The translations under genes and the position numbers were made by a program. Shown here one piece after another: positions 31,758 through 44,022 of a stretch of DNA of 48,043 nt (positions are counted from its first letter, which is position 1; each line of letters starts with the position of its first letter). Location: the sequence record SRR9188676_3046; one strand, written 5' to 3'. Below the pieces are notes generated by a model. It was given only the letters and a program-made list of their open reading frames with translations. It searched no databases and was not told where the DNA came from.

Positions 31758-34700
31758 TTAATACCTCGTACTACTTTGTGAAAGATAGCCTGATCCAATG
31801 TATTTTTCCTGTTTCCTTTTTATTTTTTTAGTAATGCTATTTTTTTCATCCTGCTGTACAAATGAGAGCAATTTATTATTAATCTGAGAAACTAAGTATA
31901 AGCTATTTCCATTTTTCAAATGCAGTTGAGCGATGGCTCTGGCATCGCCTTTTACAAAAAAATTACTCTTTCTTACAGATACATTTTTAAAATTCCCTTT
32001 ACCATCACCTTGTAAATAATTTCCGATTCCAGCGTCATATCTACCCGTCAATACTTCTGTTCCATAGTCATTGCCCACTGATAAAATGTCTAAATTTCCA
32101 TCATTATTAAAGTCTTTGATAAGTGTGCCGTACATCACCGAAAATTGTGTTTCAATTGGTAATGGTTTTAATTCAAAATGTCCATTTCCTTTATTTTCTA
32201 GGTAGGAATTGGCAAAAGTGCAAGCCTGTAATTTTTTAATATTTTTCAAATCTGCGGCAGGAAGTACTTTGTCAAAAGTCGTTTCGCCATACTCTTTAAA
32301 AGTTTTAAAACGTCTTCTCATAGAAATTAATTGACCTATCAAAGTACCTCTTGGATGGACTAAATATTCTTTATCTTGATTATAAGCTGTGAAGAGAGGA
32401 TCCACAATAGCATTATCATCAAAATCTTTGGCATACACACTAACAGGTTGTGATTCAGAGGCTTTCATTTTTGTGTTTAACCCTAAATTGCCTACAATAT
32501 AATCTGTATCGCTATCATTGTCGAAATCCCCACCAGAAATACTGTTCCACCAGCCATTAGATTTTTCTAAGCCTTTGGGTATCATTTTAGTAAATGATTT
32601 CCCTTTGTTATTCTTATAAATACAAATGGGCATAAATTCGCCTACAACGATTAAATCCATCCACGTATCGTTATCGTAATCTGTCCATAAGGCAGCAGTT
32701 ACCATTCCGCAAAGGCTTAAATCTTGTATGGAAGGAGCAATATTATTGAAATGCCCTTTGCCGTTATTTTGAAATAAATATGATTCAGGTGCAAGTGGAT
32801 ATTCTGTTGAACGGACTCTACCCCCACGGAAAATATCCAAGTCTCCATCTTTATCAAAATCACAAGCATTAATACAAATACCACTTGATTTGGTAATGGG
32901 CAAATAGCCGACAGAAGGTTTAAAATTCCCTTTTCCATCGTTCAAATATAGTCTATCTTGATACTTTGTATTGTTCGTTGTAAATTCTGAGCTTCCACTT
33001 ACACAATACAAATCGAGGTCTTTATCATTATCAATATCAATGAGCAGTACGCCCATATCTTCTTCTGTTTTCTCTATAAAGTGTTTTTTAGTAAACTTCC
33101 CATTAGCATTCTGGAGAAAAAAAGCACCTTGTTTATGAGCCGAACCACCCACAAAAAAATCCTCTAAGCCATCATTATTGACATCGCCTACTGCAATCCC
33201 CCCTCCTAACTCAGAATGTTTATGTTGTAAAGTATGTTGAATTAAGAAATCATTATACTCCAATTCTTCAGAATTCCAGTCGATATGATACTCCAGAGAA
33301 ACTTCTTTAAAAGTATAAATTTCCTCCTTCGGAAATTGCTTAGAAATAGACAAAGCATTGTTTTCGTTTATAATCAATACTCTGTCAGGGCTAATATTTT
33401 TTATCACCTGCTCTTTGCCCGAAGCCCATGTAATTTTTAAACTATCAATTTTTGAAGCATTCCCTACTCCAAAATGGATAAAATCTTCAACGGTAGATTT
33501 ATAACCTCTAATCGTTTGGTGTTCGGCAAACTGATATTTTCCCTGATACCAAATATTTACTTTTGCTCCGAATGCACTTCTGTTTTGGTTATTGCCTTGT
33601 AATTTTAGCCTTAAAAAATGGTTGTTGACAGACGAGGCATCTTTATTTTTATCCATCAATTTATTACGGTAAATAAAGGCTTCATCATCAATATTATTCA
33701 TGACTAAATCTAAATCACCATCATTGTCAAAATCGGCATAAGCTGTGCCATTTGTATAGGAAGCATCATCTAATCCAAAAGATTTTGTGGCATTCTCAAA
33801 TTGTAAATTTCCTTTATTTTTAAATAAAAAATTAGGCTTTTTTACGCCTGTTAATGTCGCAAAGGCTTCTTGCATTTTTTTTAGCCTATCTTTAGGATTA
33901 CCAATTGCTTCAAAATCTCTGCGATAAACGATGAAATCTAAGTCGGTTACATCTAAGCGATAACCGTTTGTAATGAGTAAATCTCGCCAGCCATCATTAT
34001 CAAAATCGGCTAATAATGGACTCCACGACCAATCCGTTGCTGCCACTCCTGACAAGTACCCAATGTCGCTAAACGAGCCATTCCCATTATTGATTTGCAA
34101 TACATTCCGAACATATTGAGGATAAAATTTCTTTCTTAAATTATCTTGAAATCTATCATATTCAATATTGGCAAACATGGTTTTTTGTCGGAGATTATCG
34201 TCTGGAAGCATATCCAAAACCACCAAATCATTTAAGCCATCGTTATTAATATCAGCCATATCTACCCCCATAGAATTCTGAGATAAATGTCTGAAATACT
34301 CATTTGTTTTATTACTAAAAGTGCCGTTTTTATTATTAATATATAGGTGGTCATTAGAGAAAAAATCATTGCCTACAAAAATGTCTGGATAACCATCCTG
34401 ATTGATATCGTTGATAATTACGCCTAAACCCCAACCGTCATCTACAATTCCTGCTTCTTTTGAAACATTTCTAAAAATGGGCAAGCCTTGTTTATTATTA
34501 CCTTCATTTCTAAATAATTTATCTACTCTTCTTCCCGAAGCATCATGATGTTGTCCAATACTATTATTTCGATTATAACCTTCCATCGCATTTGTTAGCA
34601 AATACATATCCAAATCTCCGTCTAAATCATAATCAAAAAAACTAGCTTGTGTACCATAAGAATCATCTGCCAAGCCTACTTCTTTCGCTGATTCCTTAAA

Positions 34701-35159
34701 AATTGGAACGCCATTTTTATCATTACCTTGATTAATAAAGAGTAATTTGAGGGCAGATTTGTTTCTGTCTGGATGAATCGTAGAAAGATAAATATCTAAT
34801 TTTCCATCTTGATTGATGTCTATCATAGCTACACCTGTACACCACGATTTTGTGCTAACATTTGCTTTTGTAGTAATATCTTCAAATTCAAAATTTCCTT
34901 TATTTAGATAAAGCTGAGAACTCACCTGATTACCAGCAAAAAATATATCTGTTAATCCATCATTATTTACATCGCCCACACCCACACCAGCTCCATTATA
35001 GATATACTCAAACTCAAGTACGTTTAACGAATCTGTAACTTTAATGGCATTATTAAAGGTAATATTGGTATGATTAGCACTTACTTTTTCAAATAAAGTA
35101 TCTTCAGAAGTACAAGCCCCAAACAAGAGAAAAAAAATAATGAAAAAAGGATATTTCAT
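31758..35159 (-). CDS. VCBS/FG-GAP repeat, ASPIC-UnbV-type lipoprotein
   Basis: Many DxNxDGxxD repeats; lipobox LFGAC after ATG 35159 (the track start 35183 is TTG). Confidence 0.88.
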   Translation of the reverse strand: MKYPFFIIFFLLFGACTSEDTLFEKVSANHTNITFNNAIKVTDSLNVLEFEYIYNGAGVGVGDVNNDGLTDIFFAGNQVSSQLYLNKGNFEFEDITTKANVSTKSWCTGVAMIDINQDGKLDIYLSTIHPDRNKSALKLLFINQGNDKNGVPIFKESAKEVGLADDSYGTQASFFDYDLDGDLDMYLLTNAMEGYNRNNSIGQHHDASGRRVDKLFRNEGNNKQGLPIFRNVSKEAGIVDDGWGLGVIINDINQDGYPDIFVGNDFFSNDHLYINNKNGTFSNKTNEYFRHLSQNSMGVDMADINNDGLNDLVVLDMLPDDNLRQKTMFANIEYDRFQDNLRKKFYPQYVRNVLQINNGNGSFSDIGYLSGVAATDWSWSPLLADFDNDGWRDLLITNGYRLDVTDLDFIVYRRDFEAIGNPKDRLKKMQEAFATLTGVKKPNFLFKNKGNLQFENATKSFGLDDASYTNGTAYADFDNDGDLDLVMNNIDDEAFIYRNKLMDKNKDASSVNNHFLRLKLQGNNQNRSAFGAKVNIWYQGKYQFAEHQTIRGYKSTVEDFIHFGVGNASKIDSLKITWASGKEQVIKNISPDRVLIINENNALSISKQFPKEEIYTFKEVSLEYHIDWNSEELEYNDFLIQHTLQHKHSELGGGIAVGDVNNDGLEDFFVGGSAHKQGAFFLQNANGKFTKKHFIEKTEEDMGVLLIDIDNDKDLDLYCVSGSSEFTTNNTKYQDRLYLNDGKGNFKPSVGYLPITKSSGICINACDFDKDGDLDIFRGGRVRSTEYPLAPESYLFQNNGKGHFNNIAPSIQDLSLCGMVTAALWTDYDNDTWMDLIVVGEFMPICIYKNNKGKSFTKMIPKGLEKSNGWWNSISGGDFDNDSDTDYIVGNLGLNTKMKASESQPVSVYAKDFDDNAIVDPLFTAYNQDKEYLVHPRGTLIGQLISMRRRFKTFKEYGETTFDKVLPAADLKNIKKLQACTFANSYLENKGNGHFELKPLPIETQFSVMYGTLIKDFNNDGNLDILSVGNDYGTEVLTGRYDAGIGNYLQGDGKGNFKNVSVRKSNFFVKGDARAIAQLHLKNGNSLYLVSQINNKLLSFVQQDEKNSITKKIKRKQEKYIGSGYLSQSSTRY

Positions 35160-35236
35160 GATTGTGGTTTTTATGTAAATCAATTACCTCTACTATATAT
35201 ACGATTATAAAAATGCCGATTGTAAGAAACAATTAA

Positions 35237-35281
35237 TTTTCAATAAGTAGTTGCTGATTTTCAACGACTACTTATTGAAAA
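35237..35281 (-). terminator. Stem-loop after susD
   Basis: ttttcaataagtagt...actacttattgaaaa inverted repeat. Confidence 0.65.
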
Positions 35282-35304
35282 ATTTAACTTAAAGATACCG
35301 TATC

Positions 35305-36867
35305 TTAATATCCAGGATTATTGTTTTTTATGTTAGGATTATTATCAAGTTCCCCTTGAGGAATAGGTAATAACTCATGCTTATTAGCAACAAAATAGGG
35401 AAGAGGTTCTTTTTTCAATTTCCCTTGTTTTCTCCAACGAACAATGTCCTTAGCTCTCAACCATTCTGCAGAAAATTCTACTCTTTTTTCATGTTGAATA
35501 GCAGTCATCACTTGTTCTTTTGTACTTACTGGATAATTGCTTGTTGGATAATTTGGCATTTTTACATCAGCACGATTCCGAAGTTGATTCAATAATCCAA
35601 CTGCTACTGCTGTATTTCCCAATTCATTTTCACATTCTGCTAAATTTACCAATACCTCTGCATAGCGCATTACACGCATATTGATTCCACTTAAATCATA
35701 GAAACCATCAGCATTTCTGTATAAGGCAGAGTATTTTCTCCAACTAATTCTTTGCTCAACACCATCTAAAATAGAAGTATTTCCTTGAACAGGATAATCA
35801 ATTTCTAATCTACCTTTTCCTTGATTAACCAAATCTCCTTTGAAATATAATGAAAAGCCCATACGAGGATCTCTTTTAGTATCTCCTTTTTGTGTACGTT
35901 CAAATTCATTAATAATATCATTAGATGGAATAAGGTTTCTCCAACCTACAGCAGAATATTCTTGATGACGAATTGACGATCTTCTTGGGCTACTTCCTGC
36001 TATGTTATCGCTATCACCGTTATCCCAGCTCATGCCGTTTTTACTATCAAAGCCAACTTCAAAAATAGATTCCTTATTATATTCAGTTTCTTCCAGAAAA
36101 TTATCTAAGTAATTATCTGTCAAACCAAACAAGCCTGAGGAAACAATCTTTGTTAGTTCAGTTTTAGCCGCAGCAAAATCTCCCTTGAACATCAAAACTC
36201 TTGCTAATTCAAGTTGTGCAGCGTGTTTTGTGGCACGTCCTAAATCTGCACCCGTATAAGATGAAGGAAGGTCAGCTTGAGCTTCAGTTAAATCTTTTAT
36301 TACTTGCGCAAAAACTTCGTCTTGTGTATTGCGAGGTTTAGCATCGGTTGATTTTGTAGCCGATGTTGTATAGATAGGTACACCACCCCACATGGTACTA
36401 AGCTCATAATATGCCATTGCTCTTAAGAATTTTGCTTCAGCAACAATTCTTTTTTTCCTAGTCTCATCTGTTGCATTAAATGTTTTAACATTGTCTTTCG
36501 CATCAATGACCACGTTAGCACGGTGAATCATGCGAAACAGACCCGTCCAAACAGCCCCTAAAACAGAGTTAGTAGGTTGATGAACACCATTTAGCATCTG
36601 AGCACGCGGGGCCTCTAATTGCCCGCCACCTGTTGCAAAGTCATCACTACGTAAATCATTCGTAAAAAAATATTCTCTTCCAAAAAGGTTTGAGCCTGTT
36701 AAAAGGCCATATACAGCAGTAACGCCTGATTCTAATTCTGTTGTATTTGAAAAATAACTATCGGAAGTAAGTGAGCCTGGATTTGTTTTATTTAACTCAT
36801 CATTGCAGCCAAAAGCAATGCTAAGTGATAATACTCCTATGTATATAAGGTTCTTTTTCATTTTCAT
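35305..36867 (-). CDS. SusD/RagB-family glycan-binding lipoprotein
   Basis: Lipobox AFGC, AEAKFLRAMAYYEL, MRYAEV, EKRVEFSAE, LPIPQGE; follows susC. Confidence 0.95.
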   Translation of the reverse strand: MKMKKNLIYIGVLSLSIAFGCNDELNKTNPGSLTSDSYFSNTTELESGVTAVYGLLTGSNLFGREYFFTNDLRSDDFATGGGQLEAPRAQMLNGVHQPTNSVLGAVWTGLFRMIHRANVVIDAKDNVKTFNATDETRKKRIVAEAKFLRAMAYYELSTMWGGVPIYTTSATKSTDAKPRNTQDEVFAQVIKDLTEAQADLPSSYTGADLGRATKHAAQLELARVLMFKGDFAAAKTELTKIVSSGLFGLTDNYLDNFLEETEYNKESIFEVGFDSKNGMSWDNGDSDNIAGSSPRRSSIRHQEYSAVGWRNLIPSNDIINEFERTQKGDTKRDPRMGFSLYFKGDLVNQGKGRLEIDYPVQGNTSILDGVEQRISWRKYSALYRNADGFYDLSGINMRVMRYAEVLVNLAECENELGNTAVAVGLLNQLRNRADVKMPNYPTSNYPVSTKEQVMTAIQHEKRVEFSAEWLRAKDIVRWRKQGKLKKEPLPYFVANKHELLPIPQGELDNNPNIKNNNPGY

Positions 36868-36929
36868 TTAATTTTAATTTTCCTTGAAATGATACTATCC
36901 AAGAAAAGAGCATTGTTACGGGATAAATA

Positions 36930-39900
36930 TTAAAAACCTAATTGAAGACCTGCCATCAAAGTACGAGCTTGTGGATATTGTCCATTATCTATACCATATA
37001 CAAGTTGAGCATTATCACGAGAGCCAATTTCTGGATCGTAACCACTATATTTTGTGAAAGTCAATAAGTTTTGAGCTGACACATACACTCTTACTCTTGA
37101 AATTGAACCACCCGCAAAAGATTTTAGAATACTTGAAGGTACTGTATAACCCAAGCTTATATTTTTTACACGCATGAATGAGCCTTTCTCTACCCATCTA
37201 TTAGATGGACGAGTAGTATTTAAATTTGGGTCTCCACTTACAGCTCTTGGAATATTAGTATTCGTATTTTGTGGCGTCCAAGCGTTCAAGACATCAGTAG
37301 TTGCTCCGAATAAACGAACCATTCCTTGTGTCTGAGTTTTTAGATTGTTGTAAATATCATTTCCTTGAACACCTTGTAGAAATAAAGTAAAGTCAAAGTT
37401 TTTGTAGTTAAAGTCGAAATTGACACCATAAGTAAAATCAGGAAGTGTGTTGCCTATCATTGTACGGTCTGAATCATCTATTTTGCCATCACCATTCAAA
37501 TCCTTGAAACGAATATCTCCTGGTGCTGCTGCGCCCCCTTGGTAACTATCCCAGCTTTTACTTTTTGCTAAAGCTGCATCAGCATCAATTTCTCCCTGAT
37601 TTTGGTAAATTCTATCAACTACATAACCATAAAGGTATTGTACAGGCATACCTACCTCTGTTTTAGTGACACTTGCTCCTGTTTCAGCATGACCGCCTGC
37701 AAAAATTGGAGCTTCTAATGACGTTACTTTGTTTCTTACAATGCCTAAATTTCCTCCAATTTTCCATTTAAAGTCGCCTCCATTATGATTATAACTAATC
37801 TGAAGGTCTAACCCTGAGTTTTTCATTCCTCCAAAATTGGCAATGGTATTGTTTGTGTAGCCAAGAGATGTTGCTAATGGTCTTGCGAGAATCAAACTAT
37901 TATCAGATGTTTCTCGCACATAGTAATCGGCAGAAAAAGTAACTTTATTTTTAAATAAACCTAAATCAACCCCAATATCAGCCATTTTAGTTGTCTCCCA
38001 ACCTAATTCTGTATTACCAAGTTGATTCGTTGATAAACCAGGAACTGTTCCATTCCCGAAAACATAAGTAGTAGCAGCACCTAATAGTGATTGCCAAGCA
38101 TAATTAGGTAAACCACTGGTATTACCAACCAAACCATAGCTTGCTCTTACTTTTAACTCGTTAATAGATGCAATCTCCTTCATAAATTCTTCTTCGCTGA
38201 TTCTCCAACCGATTGAGGCTGCTGGGAATGTTCCCCATTTTTTACCAGGAGCAAACAATGATGAACCATCACGACGAATAGATGCACTTAAAAGATACTT
38301 TCCTCCAAAATCATAATTTACACGGGCAAGATATGATAAGATAGTAGTTTCACTTTTAGAACCACCTGCCGCTGGACTTGTTACATTTGGCGTAACAATG
38401 GTGAAAGTATTAGTGGAGTAATTTCCAGAAGCTGTGATACTTTCTGATTTACCAAATTGTTGTTCAGCTACTACAATTGCATTAATGCTGTGTTTTTTAA
38501 ATGTTTTATCAAACGAAAGTTGATTCGTATAAAGTGTTCCGATAAAATCACCTCTTGTATCTGAAATACTATTAAATGGACTACTCATTTGTCCCGCAGT
38601 ATAAATGGGAGTACGGCTCAAACTTCTTGTTGAATTATAGTCTAAACCAACAGAAAATCTATACTTTAGGTAGTCTGTAAATTTTATTTCTGTAAAAATT
38701 GAACTTAATAATCTTACATTACGATTTTGACTTCTAATTAATACAGCTGGAATCAATGGGTTTACTGGGTCAGAACCATCAGCGTTTGTTGTACCAAAAT
38801 AACCGCCGATTTCTGTAGGATTATATACAGGAGTATATGGCAAGCTTTTAATCACATTGGCCAATGCTGTACGTCCACCGCCTACTCCTTCATCTAATCT
38901 ACTTCCCATGGCAACTGTCAATGTTTGTCCGATAGTAAAGTGCTTACCAATATTATGATCTGAATTAAGACGTAAATTTCCTCTTTCATAATTAGTACCC
39001 ACATAAATACCATCTTGTTTGAAATAACCAAAAGACGTTAAGAAACGAGATGTTTCATTTCCCCCCGAAATAGATACGGTACTATTAGATAAAATACCTG
39101 TTTGAAATAAGTAATCTTGCCAATCAGTGTTTGTATTAGCGAAAGTAACGCCAGAACCAGGGTAGGTTTCATTATTCATCTGACTCCAACGGTCAGGGAA
39201 AGCTGCTCCAGCAGCAGTTAATAATGCTTTACCATATTGTAAGTATTGTTGCGTATTTAAAGTATTCAATTTTTTCCAAGCAGTTTGTGTTGCCTGATAA
39301 GTTTCTACATTTACGTGTAGTTTTTTATCTCTTGTACCTTTTTTGGTTGTAACTAAAATTACTCCGTTAGCTGCACGAGAACCATAAATAGCCGCTGCAC
39401 TTGCATCTTTTAGTACTTCTAAAGACTCAACATCTTTCATATCTAAGTCATTCATGTTCCCTACAGGATACCCATCAATCACATATAATGGGTTTGCTGC
39501 ATAATTAATAGAGCCAACGCCACGTATTCTTACGACTGGTGCAACACCCGGAGAACCATTATTAGTTACTTGTACACCAGAGACACGGCCTTGTAAAGCA
39601 CCTTCAATACTTGGAACAGGCAAAGCCGTTAAATCTTTTGCACTTACTGATGCTACAGCCGCTGTTACAGAAGACCTTTTTTGAGTACCATAACCAACTA
39701 CCACAACTTCTTCTAAAGCACTTACATTTGATACTAATACGACATCAACTACATTGCGACTTCCAACTTTAATTTCTTGACTAACATAACCTACCGAACT
39801 AAAGATTAAAACATCTTGGGCAGATGCCTTTAGGCTAAATGCACCTACGGCGTCTGTTGAAGTACCAATTTGAGAATTTTGTACTCTTACATTGACACCC

Positions 39901-40010
39901 GGTATGGGCTTTCCGTCATCCCCAGTGACTTTACCTGAAATATTTTTTTGAGCTCTTGCAAATGAACAGCATAGTAAAAGCCCGAATAGAAATAATAGTT
40001 GTTTTTTCAT
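36930..40010 (-). CDS. SusC/RagA-family TonB-dependent transporter
   Basis: EEVVVVGYGTQK, PLYVIDG, VLKDASAAAIYGSRAANGVILVTTKKG, C-terminal Phe. Confidence 0.97.
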   Translation of the reverse strand: MKKQLLFLFGLLLCCSFARAQKNISGKVTGDDGKPIPGVNVRVQNSQIGTSTDAVGAFSLKASAQDVLIFSSVGYVSQEIKVGSRNVVDVVLVSNVSALEEVVVVGYGTQKRSSVTAAVASVSAKDLTALPVPSIEGALQGRVSGVQVTNNGSPGVAPVVRIRGVGSINYAANPLYVIDGYPVGNMNDLDMKDVESLEVLKDASAAAIYGSRAANGVILVTTKKGTRDKKLHVNVETYQATQTAWKKLNTLNTQQYLQYGKALLTAAGAAFPDRWSQMNNETYPGSGVTFANTNTDWQDYLFQTGILSNSTVSISGGNETSRFLTSFGYFKQDGIYVGTNYERGNLRLNSDHNIGKHFTIGQTLTVAMGSRLDEGVGGGRTALANVIKSLPYTPVYNPTEIGGYFGTTNADGSDPVNPLIPAVLIRSQNRNVRLLSSIFTEIKFTDYLKYRFSVGLDYNSTRSLSRTPIYTAGQMSSPFNSISDTRGDFIGTLYTNQLSFDKTFKKHSINAIVVAEQQFGKSESITASGNYSTNTFTIVTPNVTSPAAGGSKSETTILSYLARVNYDFGGKYLLSASIRRDGSSLFAPGKKWGTFPAASIGWRISEEEFMKEIASINELKVRASYGLVGNTSGLPNYAWQSLLGAATTYVFGNGTVPGLSTNQLGNTELGWETTKMADIGVDLGLFKNKVTFSADYYVRETSDNSLILARPLATSLGYTNNTIANFGGMKNSGLDLQISYNHNGGDFKWKIGGNLGIVRNKVTSLEAPIFAGGHAETGASVTKTEVGMPVQYLYGYVVDRIYQNQGEIDADAALAKSKSWDSYQGGAAAPGDIRFKDLNGDGKIDDSDRTMIGNTLPDFTYGVNFDFNYKNFDFTLFLQGVQGNDIYNNLKTQTQGMVRLFGATTDVLNAWTPQNTNTNIPRAVSGDPNLNTTRPSNRWVEKGSFMRVKNISLGYTVPSSILKSFAGGSISRVRVYVSAQNLLTFTKYSGYDPEIGSRDNAQLVYGIDNGQYPQARTLMAGLQLGF

Positions 40011-40395
40011 ATTATTATTTGAGATTAAAAAAATTGAAAAGTCAGAGGGTAAATTGTTTTTCCTTTACCAAAAATCTTTAGCTCTTTCTATAGAAAATCA
40101 TTACTAGTTTGATTACTCCATAAAGGGCAAAGAAAGCCCAGTCTTCAATAATTTCATTGAAAATCATTGAAGGGAATAAAGTATTTAACTAGAGATATTT
40201 TCAGCTTTATTTAATGAGCATACAAGATTGGGTAAAGTAATAGCATCATAATACCATCTGTAATAAAGTCAATATGTTTCTCTGGCAAATTTCATATTGG
40301 CTTTTAGTAAAATCTGTACGATATTCTCGAAAGACTTTCTTTTGAGAATGTTTAATAATTTATTTCACCATAAGCAATAATCCTTTGTTTAAAAT

Positions 40396-40770
40396 TATCT
40401 TATAACACCATAGAACACTATGTTGAAAATAAAAGGCCTTTCTCTCTGGGAAATCCTTTATTTTCTACCAATTAATCTTACTGAACAGGCAAAAAATCAT
40501 CGCAATAATTTTGTTTAGCATTATTGGCTTATGAAAATCTAACAAGTGATATGAATCACTTTCTTTAAATTTTCCTCATGGAAACAATGAATTGATTGGA
40601 TAATTGTACCGTCTATCAAAATTGAAATCAATAGCTCTCTCTGGATATTTACTTCTATTAATTTTTCAACGTCAATAGCTTTTTCATGAAAATCATTTTA
40701 AACAATTTTAGTCTTTACATTTATCATAGGCAATATTTTTAAGAGATTATAGTATAACACAATAGAACAC
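40396..40770. repeat. Two copies of attat-N2-tataacac-N-atagaacac (40396-40418, 40746-40770) upstream of susC
   Basis: 18-bp core with one mismatch (40401-40418 vs 40753-40770) containing AACAC direct repeats 10 bp apart; the N2 spacing is exact for the second copy and the first copy's attat lies at 40394. Confidence 0.5.
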
Positions 40771-41020
40771 CCAATGCAAAAAAATGCAGGATAGTTCAAT
40801 TAACGATTGAGGAAAATAATGCAAAAAACCTGTGCTAAAGTAACACTTTTGAAAAACTAAAGAAGACCAGAGAGAATCCAATACACTTGGATTGTATATA
40901 TTAAAATTAAATATAAAATATAATACCAGCAACTTTTTATTTAATAAATTCAAGAATAAAAGCGTTCCTGCATCTCTATATTTAAACCTCTCTAAAATCA
41001 AATTTAGTATAAAATGATAT

Positions 41021-42301
41021 TTACTTAGGCTTGATAATCTGATACTTACCACTCAGGTGCATCAAACTAAACAAATACATTAATCCATCATAATAAGGGT
41101 CAAAATATCCATCTTCGTAAGGTTCTAATTTAGCATTCCAAATAGCTCGCACAAAATCAACATTGTTTTTATCCTGATTAATAAGCGATGCTGTTGCTGC
41201 TGTAGAAACTAAACCAATTGAATGTCTTAATTTTGGAACATTACCAGCTTTCAAAATAAAATCAGGTTTTGAACCATCCAGATTAAACTGGTCATCATAA
41301 GTATCAATACCCTTTGAACGAAGAAAGTTTTGAAACCTTTTGGCATAATCTTCTTGCCAAGTTTTATCTTCTCCAAACCATGTATAATCCATCGTAATAT
41401 TCATAGGCACTCTCCATGAATCATAACGAAAACCTGCTGGCATCCAACGAGTTGGGTGAGGTACTCCACTAAATTCTGTATAATCAGAATTTAACCCTGT
41501 TATTGGATGACAAGCTCTGTGTAAAAAGACACGAGAGGTATCGGCACATTCTTTATAAAAAGCTTCATGACCATCTTTAGCATATAACGCCCATACTTCA
41601 TAAAATGCAGGTAGGTGGTATGATGGGTCTGTCCACTTATAACTATTCCCTTCTGGTACAAAAGTAATTTGCTTATGTTCTGTATTTATCAGATTATAAA
41701 TATTCCCTGTACCATCTTTTTTCCACATGGCATCTAATATTCTTCGGGCTTCATTGTAATAATGAATACCTGTATTATTTCCCCATTTGTTAGCTGCGAA
41801 GAGCAAACTCGTAACATAATACAATTCGCCATCAGAAGCTGAACCTTCTGAATTTTTTTTCATGGTTTCGGGATTGATACTCCATGCAAAGTATCCTTCT
41901 CGTGGCCCGCTTTGATGTTGGAGGTACTTTTTTGACCATCTCCAAATTTTATCAAAAACCTCCTTTTTATTGAGTTGAACCGCAATCATCATTCCATAAG
42001 AAAGCCCTTCGGTTCGGGCATCATGATTTTTTACATCAGATACATAAGCCATAGAATCACCTACGGCAAAATATACCCGATTGGACCCTTCAAAAATATC
42101 ATAATATGCTTTGTTAACTTTAGCATCTATCTCGTTTTGACTATATCCTACTTCCAAAAACAGATTACGATATTTCCCTGAAACAATGGATGCTTGGCTA
42201 TTTCCTTTTTCCGAATAAAAGTTTTTGTCTTGTGAAAAAGTATTAAAGCTTGTCATTAACAGACCGATTACAACTAAAAAATATAATCTCTTTTTGTGCA
42301 T
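41021..42301 (-). CDS. Glycoside hydrolase family 8 (xylanase / reducing-end exo-oligoxylanase-like)
   Basis: DARTEGLSYGMM, SASDGELY, TDPSYHLPAF, YDSWRV; signal peptide. Confidence 0.9.
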   Translation of the reverse strand: MHKKRLYFLVVIGLLMTSFNTFSQDKNFYSEKGNSQASIVSGKYRNLFLEVGYSQNEIDAKVNKAYYDIFEGSNRVYFAVGDSMAYVSDVKNHDARTEGLSYGMMIAVQLNKKEVFDKIWRWSKKYLQHQSGPREGYFAWSINPETMKKNSEGSASDGELYYVTSLLFAANKWGNNTGIHYYNEARRILDAMWKKDGTGNIYNLINTEHKQITFVPEGNSYKWTDPSYHLPAFYEVWALYAKDGHEAFYKECADTSRVFLHRACHPITGLNSDYTEFSGVPHPTRWMPAGFRYDSWRVPMNITMDYTWFGEDKTWQEDYAKRFQNFLRSKGIDTYDDQFNLDGSKPDFILKAGNVPKLRHSIGLVSTAATASLINQDKNNVDFVRAIWNAKLEPYEDGYFDPYYDGLMYLFSLMHLSGKYQIIKPK

Positions 42302-42302
42302 A

Positions 42303-43436
<1,134 letters not shown>

Positions 43437-44022
43437 TCAATGATTTAATTGTGATTGTTTTTCAATAGTTTGGTTCGGATATAAATTAAGTAGTGATATA
43501 TTTTTAAATTTCTTCTCAGCTTTAGTGTATTTATTTAGCTGAATTTCCCCTTTCATTTTTCCAAGAATATACTCTACTCATAAACTATACCTATCAAAAA
43601 TCTTCTTGATAAGTCGATTTCATGTGTTAACCTTTCTTAATAAAAGATAGGTTTTATTGATAAAGCGAAATCTCTATTTTTTGATGGTGTAAAGTAAACG
43701 AATAGTTAAAAAATTGAGTAGCACAGATTAGCAAATATGCCTACAAAATGTTCAATGAACCCAAAATTTTCAAATTAATATCAATAATATTATAAAAATG
43801 AATCCTAAATATAGAAAATGTAAAGAGTAAAAATATTTTTCATAGAAATAGGCAACTTGTATAAAGTCAAAAAAATGCTTCATTATTGCTACTTATCAGT
43901 AACGTTTTCATGCCTTTATTAGGAATAATCAAGTGAAGAGGCTGTTCAAAAATGGAGTTACAAACAAGTATTTTCCGACCCAAATAAAACCTCGTAACAT
44001 CATTCAAATTAATGAATGTATT

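Noticed and set aside
40747-41052. 101-aa minus-strand ORF overlapping the GH8 3' end
   Set aside because: Low-complexity composition, overlaps GH8, no recognisable family
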